Shown: positions 49,870 through 59,721, counted from the stretch's first letter. The stretch is DNA of 64,000 nt from an uncultured virus (IMG/VR IMGVR_UViG_3300028559_000007) (IMGVR_UViG_3300028559_000007); one strand, 5' to 3'. The notes: generated from the sequence alone by a model not told the origin. Numbers and translations: made by a program.

Positions 49870-50634
49870 ATAGGATTTATTCAATATTTTTTCCTCGTTC
49901 CAATTTCCTTTTTTAATTATATTAATTAATTCTTGTTTATCTTTTGATGGTATTCGATATTTATCAACAAATGTGTTAAAATCAGAAATTATATTTGATG
50001 GTATTTGAGAATCAAAATCAATTTCATTTTTAAATCTAGCTGAATCTAAATCACATTCAAATAATAAAAATATAGTAGTATGTCCTTTTCTTCTGTTTTG
50101 TAATTTGATTTCCCAATCTTTTACTGTCTGATTGTTAATTATATCATCTATACTTTTATTCACATCTTTTACCCCCATACCCATTTCACTACTATCATTA
50201 ATATAAAAATTATATCCTAAAGATTTAGATGCTAATTCAATATTTTCTACTTTTTCTTTAAGTGTTAAAAGATCTTCTGGATTATTAAATTGTAAGTATA
50301 ATTTTACACCGTATTCCATATTCATTTTTGTTGATATCTCACACTTTTCTAAAAAATCTTTTAGATAATTAATTTCAGTTGAATAAAATTTCTGACGAGT
50401 TTTTAGAAACTCTAAATAATAAGTGTAAGATAACCTAGAGACTCTAATGTTTTTTCGCTTATAAGTCAAATTTATTCTTAGATCATTATTAAATTGAATA
50501 TCCAGTAAATCATCCTTGAGATCTAAAAATAAATCGTCTATTTCATCTTTTATTATTTTAATTTGTGTTTTTTCTTCTAATTCATTAATATATTCTTCAA
50601 CATTAACAGATTCAAATAATTTTAAATACTCCAT
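49858..50634 (-). CDS. Protein with N-terminal MEYLKLFES motif
   Basis: ORF; TTATATATA upstream. Confidence 0.75.
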   Translation of the reverse strand: MEYLKLFESVNVEEYINELEEKTQIKIIKDEIDDLFLDLKDDLLDIQFNNDLRINLTYKRKNIRVSRLSYTYYLEFLKTRQKFYSTEINYLKDFLEKCEISTKMNMEYGVKLYLQFNNPEDLLTLKEKVENIELASKSLGYNFYINDSSEMGMGVKDVNKSIDDIINNQTVKDWEIKLQNRRKGHTTIFLLFECDLDSARFKNEIDFDSQIPSNIISDFNTFVDKYRIPSKDKQELINIIKKGNWNEEKILNKSYLNT

Positions 50635-50760
50635 ATGATATATATAAAATTTTTTATTATATTTATAAAAGTTTAGAAATAGTAATGATCGGTTTAAAAA
50701 TTTTATAGAAATAAAAACTTAATGATTTAGGATTATAAAAGATAATAATAAATAAAAACT

Positions 50761-51861
50761 ATGAGTAAAAAAGAAAAAAAAATAAATATTGAATCACAAA
50801 CATTTTTATACAATTATTTAAATGCATTCTCACCAGTTGGTCAAGAAACAGAGGGTCAGAAAATATGGATTGATTATATAAAACAATTCACAAATAATTT
50901 AAATAAAGACGCATATGGAACAGCCTGGGGAATTTATGGAGATAATTTACCATTTTTGTCCAGAAAAAAAGTAGTTATTGAAGCACACTGTGACGAAATT
51001 GCTTGGATTATAACTAATATTGAATCCGATGGATATATAAGAGTTAAGAGGCATGGTGGTTCTGATAACATGATTGCATCATCTAAAAGTGTTATCATAC
51101 ATACACATGATGGTGGAAAAGTTAAAGGATTTTTCGGGAGTCCAGCTATACATATTAGAAGTAAACAAACTGAAATGGGTCCAGAACAGCATGAACTTTG
51201 GTTAGATGTTGGCGTTGATTCTTCTGACAGAGTAAAAGAATTAGGAATTGAAGTTGGATGTATTGCAACATTTGATGATCAGTTCCAAGAAGTAGGTGAT
51301 TATTATGTTGGTAGATCATTAGATAATAAAATTGGTGGATATATTATTGCTGAGGTTCTTCGTTCTCTTTCAGAAGAAAAAGTAAAATTACCATATGATT
51401 TATATGTAGTTAATTCAGTACAAGAAGAAGTTGGACTCTATGGTGCACGTCTTATTGCAAAAAGATTAAAAGCTGATATTGCAATTGTACACGATGTTTG
51501 TCATAATACTAATCATCCAAAAATGAATAAGTCTAAAGATGGTGATATAAAGGGAGGGAATGGACCTTGTTTGGAATTCACTTCACAAAATCATAGAGGA
51601 ATTAATACGATGATTCGTCAGGTTGCAAAATCAAATGATATTCCAGTACAACTAACCGTTGGTTCTTACGGTAATGATACTGTATCATTTTTCCTTGAGA
51701 ATACACCGACTGCTATCTTAGCATCACCTTTAAAATATATGCACACTACAGTAGAAATGGTTCATAAAAAAGATGTTGAGAATTGTATCAAACTTTATAT
51801 TGAAATTTTAAAATCAATTACTCCAGAGTGGATTAATTCTATTAATAATCCTAAAGTATAA
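50761..51861 (+). CDS. M42 family metallo-aminopeptidase
   Basis: AHCDEI, LDNKIG, VQEEVG..GA, HDV, YMHT..E. Confidence 0.92.
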   Translation: MSKKEKKINIESQTFLYNYLNAFSPVGQETEGQKIWIDYIKQFTNNLNKDAYGTAWGIYGDNLPFLSRKKVVIEAHCDEIAWIITNIESDGYIRVKRHGGSDNMIASSKSVIIHTHDGGKVKGFFGSPAIHIRSKQTEMGPEQHELWLDVGVDSSDRVKELGIEVGCIATFDDQFQEVGDYYVGRSLDNKIGGYIIAEVLRSLSEEKVKLPYDLYVVNSVQEEVGLYGARLIAKRLKADIAIVHDVCHNTNHPKMNKSKDGDIKGGNGPCLEFTSQNHRGINTMIRQVAKSNDIPVQLTVGSYGNDTVSFFLENTPTAILASPLKYMHTTVEMVHKKDVENCIKLYIEILKSITPEWINSINNPKV

Positions 51862-51863
51862 AT

Positions 51864-52433
51864 ATGAAAGTTTGGTATCTTAAAAGTCGTAATGGAAGAA
51901 GTGGTAGATTCTTCACAACAGAAAAATCTTATTTAAGTTCAACTAATAAAGAAGATAATCGTCTATTATACGTATTAGATGTTTCAAATATAAATGGTGT
52001 TAAATCAGGAGATTATTACTCCAATTTACTTCTTGAAAGAGAACGTGATGAACAATTATCTATTATTTTAGATGAAGGTGATAATTTTACTAAAAACTTT
52101 GCTTTATTTAAAAGAAAATTTGAAGAAATTGCACCTAGTGATAGTGATCCTATAAATTTTAAAACTTATTATATTACTAAGTCTAAAATAAGTAGAATAC
52201 TTAAAACAGTTAATGAGAAAAAAGACTTCTCAAATATGGTATCTATGGATATACATAAAATTTATCTATTATATGCAATGCCACCAACCGTTGAGTGGTT
52301 TGAAACTATTTTGAGATGTCATAACTTCCAAGCATTACCAGACACTAAAAGATTTACTGCCTCTGAGGAAAGAAAAGAAAATTTCTTGAAAGCTAAAGAA
52401 AATCTAAAACAACAATCTAAAAAGAAAAAATAA
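51864..52433 (+). CDS. Hypothetical protein with internal RDEQLSIIL tag
   Basis: ORF. Confidence 0.7.
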   Translation: MKVWYLKSRNGRSGRFFTTEKSYLSSTNKEDNRLLYVLDVSNINGVKSGDYYSNLLLERERDEQLSIILDEGDNFTKNFALFKRKFEEIAPSDSDPINFKTYYITKSKISRILKTVNEKKDFSNMVSMDIHKIYLLYAMPPTVEWFETILRCHNFQALPDTKRFTASEERKENFLKAKENLKQQSKKKK

Positions 52434-52834
52434 TGTATTGTATCTCTTGTAAAAAAAATAATGTAATAGCTATAGATTTTAAATATAGTAAAAAGACTAT
52501 AAATGGTGGTGGGGAATACGAGAGAAAATATGATACAGAAGAAAGTATAGTTTGGAAAAAAGATAGAAAACCGGATGGTAGTCTTGTAAATATTAATAAC
52601 GAAATGATAGATAATGGTATTATACACATAATAGATGCTGGGTATGGATCAAAACATGATGGTGATCAATTTATATTAGCTATTTGTGATGATTGTATTA
52701 AAACGAATTTAGAAGAAGCTACTATTCTTTATTATGGTAATTATATGTATAAGTACGAGCCTTTTGTAGAGGAAGATATTAGTAAATCAAAAAAGAAATA
52801 TAACAGAAGAAAAAATTTAGATGATTTAGTATGA
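52433..52834 (+). CDS. Zn-binding (CxxC..CxxC) protein with tag
   Basis: CISC, GYGSKHDGD, ICDDC; ends RRKNLDDLV. Confidence 0.7.
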   Translation: MYCISCKKNNVIAIDFKYSKKTINGGGEYERKYDTEESIVWKKDRKPDGSLVNINNEMIDNGIIHIIDAGYGSKHDGDQFILAICDDCIKTNLEEATILYYGNYMYKYEPFVEEDISKSKKKYNRRKNLDDLV

Positions 52835-53049
52835 ATAAGAAATTAGATTTATTAAAATCAATTATAAATGATAATAGTGAAGTTTATTTTGATGTTAAGT
52901 ATATTGAGGAAATGTTTTTAGGAATTAAAACCTGTAAATCATGTGGAATTAAAGAATCAATTGAGTACTTATCTAGTAAAAATGATTTTGAATATTGTTG
53001 TAGGTCATGTGAAAGAGACAGTAAAATAAATAAATTAGGATTAAAATAA
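52831..53049 (+). CDS. Small Zn-finger protein with tag
   Basis: CKSC..CRSC; ends RDSKINKLGLK. Confidence 0.7.
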   Translation: MNKKLDLLKSIINDNSEVYFDVKYIEEMFLGIKTCKSCGIKESIEYLSSKNDFEYCCRSCERDSKINKLGLK

Positions 53050-53441
53050 TATATAAACTTATGAATGAAGATTTAAAACAACTTATAATTGATGCTTTCC
53101 CAGATCATGAAGTCACATTTATAGAAGATAGAATAGTGATTAGAAAAGATGGTTTAAAACATAATGTACAATATAATGACGAGAATAGAAAAATAGGACA
53201 TTTTATTCCTGATACAGTATCTCAGATAATTTACGATTATATTAATCAATAATTTTTTACTTACAATTTTTAACCTTATATTTGAAGTTATGAATAGAGA
53301 TAAACTTTCTTTTGGGAAAAGAGGAACAGCAAAAGTTTTTATAAATGATAAAGAGGTTTGTAAAATGTATGTTTTATCAGAAGATCAAGTTAAAGAGATA
53401 GAAAAAATAAAATTGGAAATGAATAAATTAGAAATAAAATA

Positions 53442-53900
53442 ATGGAATATACTATTGAACAATTTGAAATTGATTTTGAATCTGCAACTGATGATAAGAA
53501 ATCAGAAATACTTATAAAAGCATTAGATAATCTTGATATTAGTGATCCAAATATTAAAGAAATTATCTATCAATATAAAAACGAATTGAGAGATATTCGC
53601 GAACAAATGGTTATTGATGAAAATAACTTTTGTGAGAAATTAATTGAAGATGGAAAATTTGAGGTTTATAAATGTATCACTGCATTTGATAATTTTGAAG
53701 TAGGTGGATCTTATTATGTTATGATTGATGATGTTGCAAAAATCTATGATGGGAATATTGCTTCAGAAAATCCTCTTATTAAAGATTATATTTCAAAAAT
53801 TAAACCACTTATTTATACAATAATAGATGATGGAATTGGAACACCAAAACGTAGAAGTCCGTTAAGTGAATTTAATTTTAATAATTTTGTAAAACTCTAA
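53442..53900 (+). CDS. Hypothetical protein
   Basis: ORF. Confidence 0.7.
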   Translation: MEYTIEQFEIDFESATDDKKSEILIKALDNLDISDPNIKEIIYQYKNELRDIREQMVIDENNFCEKLIEDGKFEVYKCITAFDNFEVGGSYYVMIDDVAKIYDGNIASENPLIKDYISKIKPLIYTIIDDGIGTPKRRSPLSEFNFNNFVKL

Positions 53901-53993
53901 TTATGATACTAGAAGTTTGTAGAAATTTAGAATCATATACTGGTGTATCAAGACTTTTATTTCAAATTATATTTGTAGTTTGGTTTTTTAATA

Positions 53994-54356
53994 GTGTATG
54001 GTCTATTGCTTGTTATTTTTTATTATCTCTATTATTCTTTTTTTATGAATCTATTAGAAATGAAAACTGATATTTTTTATAGATCCATAGATTTGAAAGA
54101 AATTAATCTTTTAAAGGAACTATATCATTTACCACAAGATGATGTTTTACAAATTTTAGAACATTTAAATTCATTATTTATGAACGTTATCGTTAATCCA
54201 GAATTAACAATTTTTCATCATAGTGATTTAAAACAAAAAGAAATAATGGTATCTGTACATTCAGTTAATTCTGATCTTAGGGGTATAACACAAAATATAA
54301 GAAATTCAAAAAGTTACTGGAGAAATATTCGTCTAAATAAATTAGTTAATGATTGA
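53994..54356 (+). CDS. Hypothetical protein with tag (start probably downstream)
   Basis: Ends RNIRLNKLVND. Confidence 0.6.
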   Translation: MYGLLLVIFYYLYYSFFMNLLEMKTDIFYRSIDLKEINLLKELYHLPQDDVLQILEHLNSLFMNVIVNPELTIFHHSDLKQKEIMVSVHSVNSDLRGITQNIRNSKSYWRNIRLNKLVND

Positions 54357-55026
54357 GTTGGAGTTAGAAATTAAAAAAAGAATAGATAATTATCTTGGAT
54401 TTGATTCTGATAAAATATTTAAATCCTGCGATTTAGTACTTATATTTGGAGGAGCTATTCGTGATAGTATAATAGGAAGTCCTATCAATGATATTGATAT
54501 ACTAGTTGGGTCTAAATCAATCAATCAATTAGAAAACATACTTTTAATAAATGGATATCACTTTATAGAATCATTGATTCCTAAAGATTTAGCAAGTATT
54601 TATCATGACATACAAGTTATTAGTGAGCCCCGTACATGGATGAAAGGAAAAAAAATAGTTCAACTTATTAAACCAAGAATTACAAATTATGCTACCCATT
54701 TTGGACCAACGGGTAGTCCTCGTGCTATTTTTATAAAAAAATCTGATATGGAATTTTATAAATATAGCTTTTATGAATTAATATCTAATGTTGATCTAAG
54801 TTGTTGCGGGGTTTCTTATGATGGTAATAAATTACATGAAAATTATCCAAATGCTATCTTACATTGTAAGAGTAAAGCATTTTCTGTTAATTATGGTGCT
54901 AAAATGTTTTCACAAAAAAGAATAGATCATAGGATAGCAAAACTAGAAAGTAGAGGTTGGAGTAAAATAGATAATACAGTATTAGTAAATAGGGATTTAA
55001 AAATTAAACAAATTATAAATTCTTAA
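54349..55026 (+). CDS. Nucleotidyltransferase, CCA-adding/poly(A) polymerase head-like
   Basis: FGGAIRD, NDIDILV, D...C, R..K...RGW; ends RDLKIKQIINS. Confidence 0.75.
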   Translation: MIELELEIKKRIDNYLGFDSDKIFKSCDLVLIFGGAIRDSIIGSPINDIDILVGSKSINQLENILLINGYHFIESLIPKDLASIYHDIQVISEPRTWMKGKKIVQLIKPRITNYATHFGPTGSPRAIFIKKSDMEFYKYSFYELISNVDLSCCGVSYDGNKLHENYPNAILHCKSKAFSVNYGAKMFSQKRIDHRIAKLESRGWSKIDNTVLVNRDLKIKQIINS

Positions 55027-55048
55027 ATATTTATCTTATATTTGAAAT

Positions 55049-55243
55049 ATGAAAAATCCTATCTTTAATTTCCTCAAGTCATTAATATTTGGACTTGGAC
55101 TTTATTGTTTATTAACAATACCACATTTTATATTCTTATATACTTCTGGAGAAAGTGGTATACAATATCCTATAGAATTAATATATTTTATTGGTTTAAC
55201 TAGTGGATTTTTTTCTAGCAGTTTATCTAAAATTTTTAGTTAA
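55049..55243 (+). CDS. Small two-TM membrane protein
   Basis: Hydrophobic; TATATTTG at 55037. Confidence 0.65.
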   Translation: MKNPIFNFLKSLIFGLGLYCLLTIPHFIFLYTSGESGIQYPIELIYFIGLTSGFFSSSLSKIFS

Positions 55244-55806
55244 TGGATTTAATCTATAAAATATATTCAGTTTATTTATATGATAACCAATTAGATCATG
55301 ATTGGATATTTTTGTATAACCGTAAACCTGGATATACTGGTCAGTTAGATTGGGATCCACCATTCTATATGTTCTCATCATATGGATATTCGGCATCTAA
55401 TCAGATTCATAAGATAGATAAAAATGATTCTAATAGAAAAGAGACATCTATTAAAATTATGATGAATGCTGCTAAACGTGAAGGAATTTTAATGATTAGA
55501 GCTAAGGATTTTATTTCATTAGTTCCAATAGAAGAAGGTCGTGTTACTTATTCTAGTGGTGTTTTACCAGGAGATATTGTTGAAACTGAAGGTCAATACA
55601 AAGGTCTTAAAAAACAAATTTACACACCTTATGAAATTATCTGGAATGAAACTAGATCTGGAGTTAATCCACATGAGTTTGAAGTAATGGGTGTTTGGAA
55701 TGAAGGTTCTTCAACATGTACAACTTATCGTATTTGGGAAACTAAAAGTGAAAGAGAAAAAGTAGTAAGAGATTATAAATTGATTAATATTTTAGGAAAT
55801 AAGTAA
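55243..55806 (+). CDS. Hypothetical protein with tag
   Basis: Ends RDYKLINILGNK. Confidence 0.7.
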   Translation: MDLIYKIYSVYLYDNQLDHDWIFLYNRKPGYTGQLDWDPPFYMFSSYGYSASNQIHKIDKNDSNRKETSIKIMMNAAKREGILMIRAKDFISLVPIEEGRVTYSSGVLPGDIVETEGQYKGLKKQIYTPYEIIWNETRSGVNPHEFEVMGVWNEGSSTCTTYRIWETKSEREKVVRDYKLINILGNK

Positions 55807-56000
55807 TGTATAATAAAGAGCTTAAAAAAGATTTAGAAAAAATAATAATCCAAAAAGATATAAATATTGTTAGTGGTGTTATTGGTGGATACTCTATTGA
55901 TATAGAATCTGAATCTGAACTAACTAGCTATATATATTATAATAAAGTCTCTCAAAGAGATTCAGATATAAATGAATTATTAAGTTTATTTACCAAGTAA
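55806..56000 (+). CDS. Small protein with tag variant
   Basis: RDSDINELL near the C-terminus. Confidence 0.6.
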   Translation: MYNKELKKDLEKIIIQKDINIVSGVIGGYSIDIESESELTSYIYYNKVSQRDSDINELLSLFTK

Positions 56001-56399
56001 ATCATCTAATTTTTCATTTCTATTTTTATTCAATCTAATAAAATTTATTTTTTCATTTGATGATTCGATCATTTCTTGATATAATTTTTCAAAATATTCA
56101 GTGTCTACTAAATAGACACTATGAGGTTTATCTGTATAAAAGTCATCTTTACTAATTGGATTTATTTTATAATGTGATGTAAATTCTCGAAATCCACCTC
56201 TAGATCTACCAATAGGTTTTAAATGAAATATAATTTTAGTATTTAAATTACCTTGACTTCTTATTATATCATAAGAATCATAAGATACTTCATTAACTAT
56301 TAAATCTAAAACTTTACACCATTCATAGATTGTAACACCATTATCATATCCATTTTCAAAAGCAACTAAATCCCCACGATTAAATTTTTGACTACTCAT
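55986..56399 (-). CDS. Hypothetical protein with tag
   Basis: Ends RNEKLDDLLGK. Confidence 0.7.
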   Translation of the reverse strand: MSSQKFNRGDLVAFENGYDNGVTIYEWCKVLDLIVNEVSYDSYDIIRSQGNLNTKIIFHLKPIGRSRGGFREFTSHYKINPISKDDFYTDKPHSVYLVDTEYFEKLYQEMIESSNEKINFIRLNKNRNEKLDDLLGK

Positions 56400-56492
56400 A
56401 TTCTAAATTATTTAATTTTTTCTTCTTTGAGAATTTTTACAAATTATATAAAATATATTCTAATAAAACTATTTGTTTAAATATATACTAAC

Positions 56493-56828
56493 ATGAAAGA
56501 ATATATATTTATTTATGGTTTATTTAGAGACCAAGCTAGAAACCTACTAGGTGATTATACAACTTGTGGTAGAGCAAATGTTAAAGGAACATTATATAAA
56601 GTTAATGAATTTTATCCTGGATTTAAACCAATTGGTAATAATAAGATTTGGGGAGAAGTAATTATAGTTGATCCATCAGTATTATCTCAATTAGACGAAT
56701 ATGAAGGAATTGAATATAATAGAGTTAAAGTTAAAACTTCTACTGATATTGATTGTTGGATTTATGAATATAAATATGATATATCTAATTTCAAAGAAAT
56801 TAAAAGTGGAGATTGGATGTTAAGATAA
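56493..56828 (+). CDS. Gamma-glutamylcyclotransferase (AIG2-like)
   Basis: FIYG, G.LY....YPG, GEV, LDEYEG..Y.R, WIY. Confidence 0.85.
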   Translation: MKEYIFIYGLFRDQARNLLGDYTTCGRANVKGTLYKVNEFYPGFKPIGNNKIWGEVIIVDPSVLSQLDEYEGIEYNRVKVKTSTDIDCWIYEYKYDISNFKEIKSGDWMLR

Positions 56829-56894
56829 TTAATCCTTATTAAGAATTAGTTTTGGATTACCAATCTCTTCATTAAATTTTTTTAAGTACTTCAT
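56829..56894 (-). CDS. 21-aa micro-ORF consisting mostly of the MKYLKKFNE motif
   Basis: MKYLKKFNEEIGNPKLILNKD*; TAATATATA at 56918-56926 (-). Confidence 0.55.
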   Translation of the reverse strand: MKYLKKFNEEIGNPKLILNKD

Positions 56895-56975
56895 AAATAT
56901 AAATTTATAATTTTATGTATATATTAGGTTTTGTTATAAGTAATTTTTTCTTATATTTGTTTAAAATATAAAATT

Positions 56976-57380
56976 ATGAAAGATCTAATCGAATTCTCAG
57001 AATTCATTGAAATACAAAAGAAACTTGAAATTAAAATTGGTCAAATTATCAATGTTGAAGATGTTCCTAAATCAAATAAGTTGATTAAACTAACCGTTGA
57101 TTTTGGAACAGAAACACGAATCGTAGTGACTAATATAAAACCACTTCTTAATTTAAAAGATAGTCATATTCAAGCCAATCTAAGAGGTACATTAGGAATG
57201 GCAGTATCTTCAGATGATAAAGGACATCAAGCACTTCTTAATAAGAAATTAGCATTTATTACAAATCTTAAACCTGTTACTATGATGGGTATTGAATCAA
57301 CTGCAATGATTATGCCAGGTGAAATTGAAAAGGGAAATGTGATCACTATGCAAGGTGAATTAGGAACAATATTATTATAA
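56976..57380 (+). CDS. tRNA-binding OB-fold protein (Trbp111/CsaA/MetRS C-domain-like)
   Basis: I.F.EF...EIKIGQI...E....NKL.KL.VDFG...R, NLKP..MMG.ES.AMI. Confidence 0.85.
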   Translation: MKDLIEFSEFIEIQKKLEIKIGQIINVEDVPKSNKLIKLTVDFGTETRIVVTNIKPLLNLKDSHIQANLRGTLGMAVSSDDKGHQALLNKKLAFITNLKPVTMMGIESTAMIMPGEIEKGNVITMQGELGTILL

Positions 57381-57386
57381 TACGAA

Positions 57387-58289
57387 ATGGGAAGTTTTTT
57401 TTCAACTTGTTCAGTCTCTAATATGACTCTTAGTAGTCAGAAGACATCCATACTTATTCTTGCTCCAGGATATAATACCTCCTTAGTTGGAGACAATTTA
57501 AATATGATTGTATCCAATGATGGTGCGCAAGCATTCTTCTCACCGTTTGGATTTCCAATTCATGGTGAGTATGATGATTATGGATATATTGATAATATCA
57601 AACGTGATAGAAATGTAGAAATGATTGAAGAGTATTTTGGTCTAGATATTGATTCTATATTACAAAATATTGGTAGAGAAGTTCCAGAAAATATTAAAAA
57701 TAAAGAATTTTATAAAACATTAGGTATAACATATTTTAGAACAGAAGTTCTAGAATATCTAGAAAGAGGATGGGATAAATATGATTTAATTAATATAAAA
57801 AAATACTCTAGTGAATCTTATATTAAAAATCTATTAGATAGAATAGAAAAAAGTATCTCAGATGAAAAAGTTACAGATTTATTTCTTAAAAAGATAAAGG
57901 GTGAACTTAATGAAGAAGAAATGGATTTATATTATGAATATTTAAGTTCAAATAGATTTGAATCATATATTGCCACTGGTGTTAAATGTAATATGTTTAG
58001 GCAACTTCCAATAACTATAGATTTTAAGGATGAAATTCTTAAACAATATACAATGATTCAAAAATTAGGATTTGGACTTAGGAAAAATCTTACACCTTCT
58101 AACTATGGTTCACAGGAAGATAACTGGGTAGAACTTTATAAATTTAATGATTTTGTTAGTGATATTTTAGTACAAGATATTAAAGATAGATGGGGCGATG
58201 AAATATCGGGTGAAGAAAAAGAGGTAATTAATTTACACAAAGCTGTTAAACGTCATAGAAAAATCAATTCAATTATAAAAAATGATTAA
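57387..58289 (+). CDS. Hypothetical protein with tag
   Basis: MGSF..TC..S, PI.GEYDDYG; ends RHRKINSIIKND. Confidence 0.75.
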   Translation: MGSFFSTCSVSNMTLSSQKTSILILAPGYNTSLVGDNLNMIVSNDGAQAFFSPFGFPIHGEYDDYGYIDNIKRDRNVEMIEEYFGLDIDSILQNIGREVPENIKNKEFYKTLGITYFRTEVLEYLERGWDKYDLINIKKYSSESYIKNLLDRIEKSISDEKVTDLFLKKIKGELNEEEMDLYYEYLSSNRFESYIATGVKCNMFRQLPITIDFKDEILKQYTMIQKLGFGLRKNLTPSNYGSQEDNWVELYKFNDFVSDILVQDIKDRWGDEISGEEKEVINLHKAVKRHRKINSIIKND

Positions 58290-58509
58290 ACTAATTATCA
58301 AAGCTAATAAATCATACGATAGTATGAAAGAGCCAAATCGTACGTTTTTTTTCATTTTAGTTTTACTACCACTTATTGGATCACAATTTTTACTTACTAC
58401 TATTTTTGGTAATAAAGGATTTATTTATTGGGCATTCTGGATATTAATATTAACCATATTCAGAATGATTCCTATCTTTATAGATATTAAAAATAAAAAT
58501 GTAAACTAA
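58282..58509 (+). CDS. Small two-TM membrane protein
   Basis: Hydrophobic segments. Confidence 0.65.
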   Translation: MIKLIIKANKSYDSMKEPNRTFFFILVLLPLIGSQFLLTTIFGNKGFIYWAFWILILTIFRMIPIFIDIKNKNVN

Positions 58510-58540
58510 ATTTTCATAAGTTATTAATAATATATACTTT

Positions 58541-59506
58541 ATGAAATATTTAAAAACATATAAAATTTATGAGTCTATAGAAAATTTATTAAAAAAATTT
58601 TATATTTCAAATGATGAATTGAAAGATATATTTCAAGATTTGATTGATGATGGATATGTGTATTCAATACAAGAGACATATTTGACTAAAAATGGTAAAA
58701 GAGATAATACAAATATAACAGATTCATTTTATCCATGTATTTTAATAAATTTAAAAAGAGATACTTATATAAATGATATTAGAAATTGGGATGGTGGTAT
58801 TTATTATGAAGATAACTCAGAAATTCTTGAAATAATACAACAATCTATAGGTAGGATTAAATCAACACTTGATAATGGAAATATAAAAGTATTATATTCA
58901 ATATCAAATATAAATAATATTTCAATCAGAATTTGTGCTGATAAAGAAAAATCTTTACTAGCACTAGATACCAATCTTATTAAAGAATATATTAAAAATT
59001 TGTTTGAAAAAAAACAAGGTAGTGGACTTACAATCGATAAATCAAATTTAGAAAAAATTATAAAAGATTTAAATTTAAAAGATTACCATCTTAGATTTAA
59101 TTCTAATGATTTTGAAATATCAAATGATGATTTTATATTACTGCTATCACCTTCTAATTCTATTATAGAACGTCTAAAACTAGATAATTCTTTATCAAAT
59201 AAAGAAGAAATTAATAAATTTATTAAATTAATAATAGAAAATATATACCAAAAATGTATTGAATTATCTACTGATAAAAATGGATGGTCACTTGACACAT
59301 CATTTAAAACTGGAGATTTTCGGTATAACCACATGATGAATTTTGGTAAAATTCTCTATAATGAAATAGAAGTTATTAGTATTAATAGTTTATTGGAAGC
59401 TGATTTTTCAAAAATTATTGAAATACCAAGTGGTAGTTTATTTAAGAAAAATAAGAAAAGTGAAATATTACTATATAAATCTGATATTCGAATAAAAATT
59501 AATTAA
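58541..59506 (+). CDS. Protein with N-terminal MKYLKTYKIYES motif
   Basis: TAATATATA at 58528-58536. Confidence 0.75.
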   Translation: MKYLKTYKIYESIENLLKKFYISNDELKDIFQDLIDDGYVYSIQETYLTKNGKRDNTNITDSFYPCILINLKRDTYINDIRNWDGGIYYEDNSEILEIIQQSIGRIKSTLDNGNIKVLYSISNINNISIRICADKEKSLLALDTNLIKEYIKNLFEKKQGSGLTIDKSNLEKIIKDLNLKDYHLRFNSNDFEISNDDFILLLSPSNSIIERLKLDNSLSNKEEINKFIKLIIENIYQKCIELSTDKNGWSLDTSFKTGDFRYNHMMNFGKILYNEIEVISINSLLEADFSKIIEIPSGSLFKKNKKSEILLYKSDIRIKIN

Positions 59507-59618
59507 ATTTGTAATTTTAATATTTTATTGTATATTTATACTTATAATAGACACGCTTCCCACGGTTAATGCACAAGGATAATGAAGGAAATAATACGTT
59601 CCCTAATCTATTATAGTA

Positions 59619-59721
59619 TTATAAGTAGTAAATATGTCCATATCGAAAGATATTAAGTGGAAGTGGTTATCACACTCGGCACGAGTTTACATCATAGGTT
59701 CGAATCCTATCTTATAATCAA
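59619..59721 (+). ncRNA. tRNA-like RNA: acceptor stem and T arm with an expanded multi-hairpin core
   Basis: TTATAAG/CTTATAA acceptor, TA at 8-9, T arm ATAGG-TTCGAAT-CCTAT, internal hairpins ATATC-GAAA-GATAT and ACTCG-GCA-CGAGT, ends T-CAA. Confidence 0.65.
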
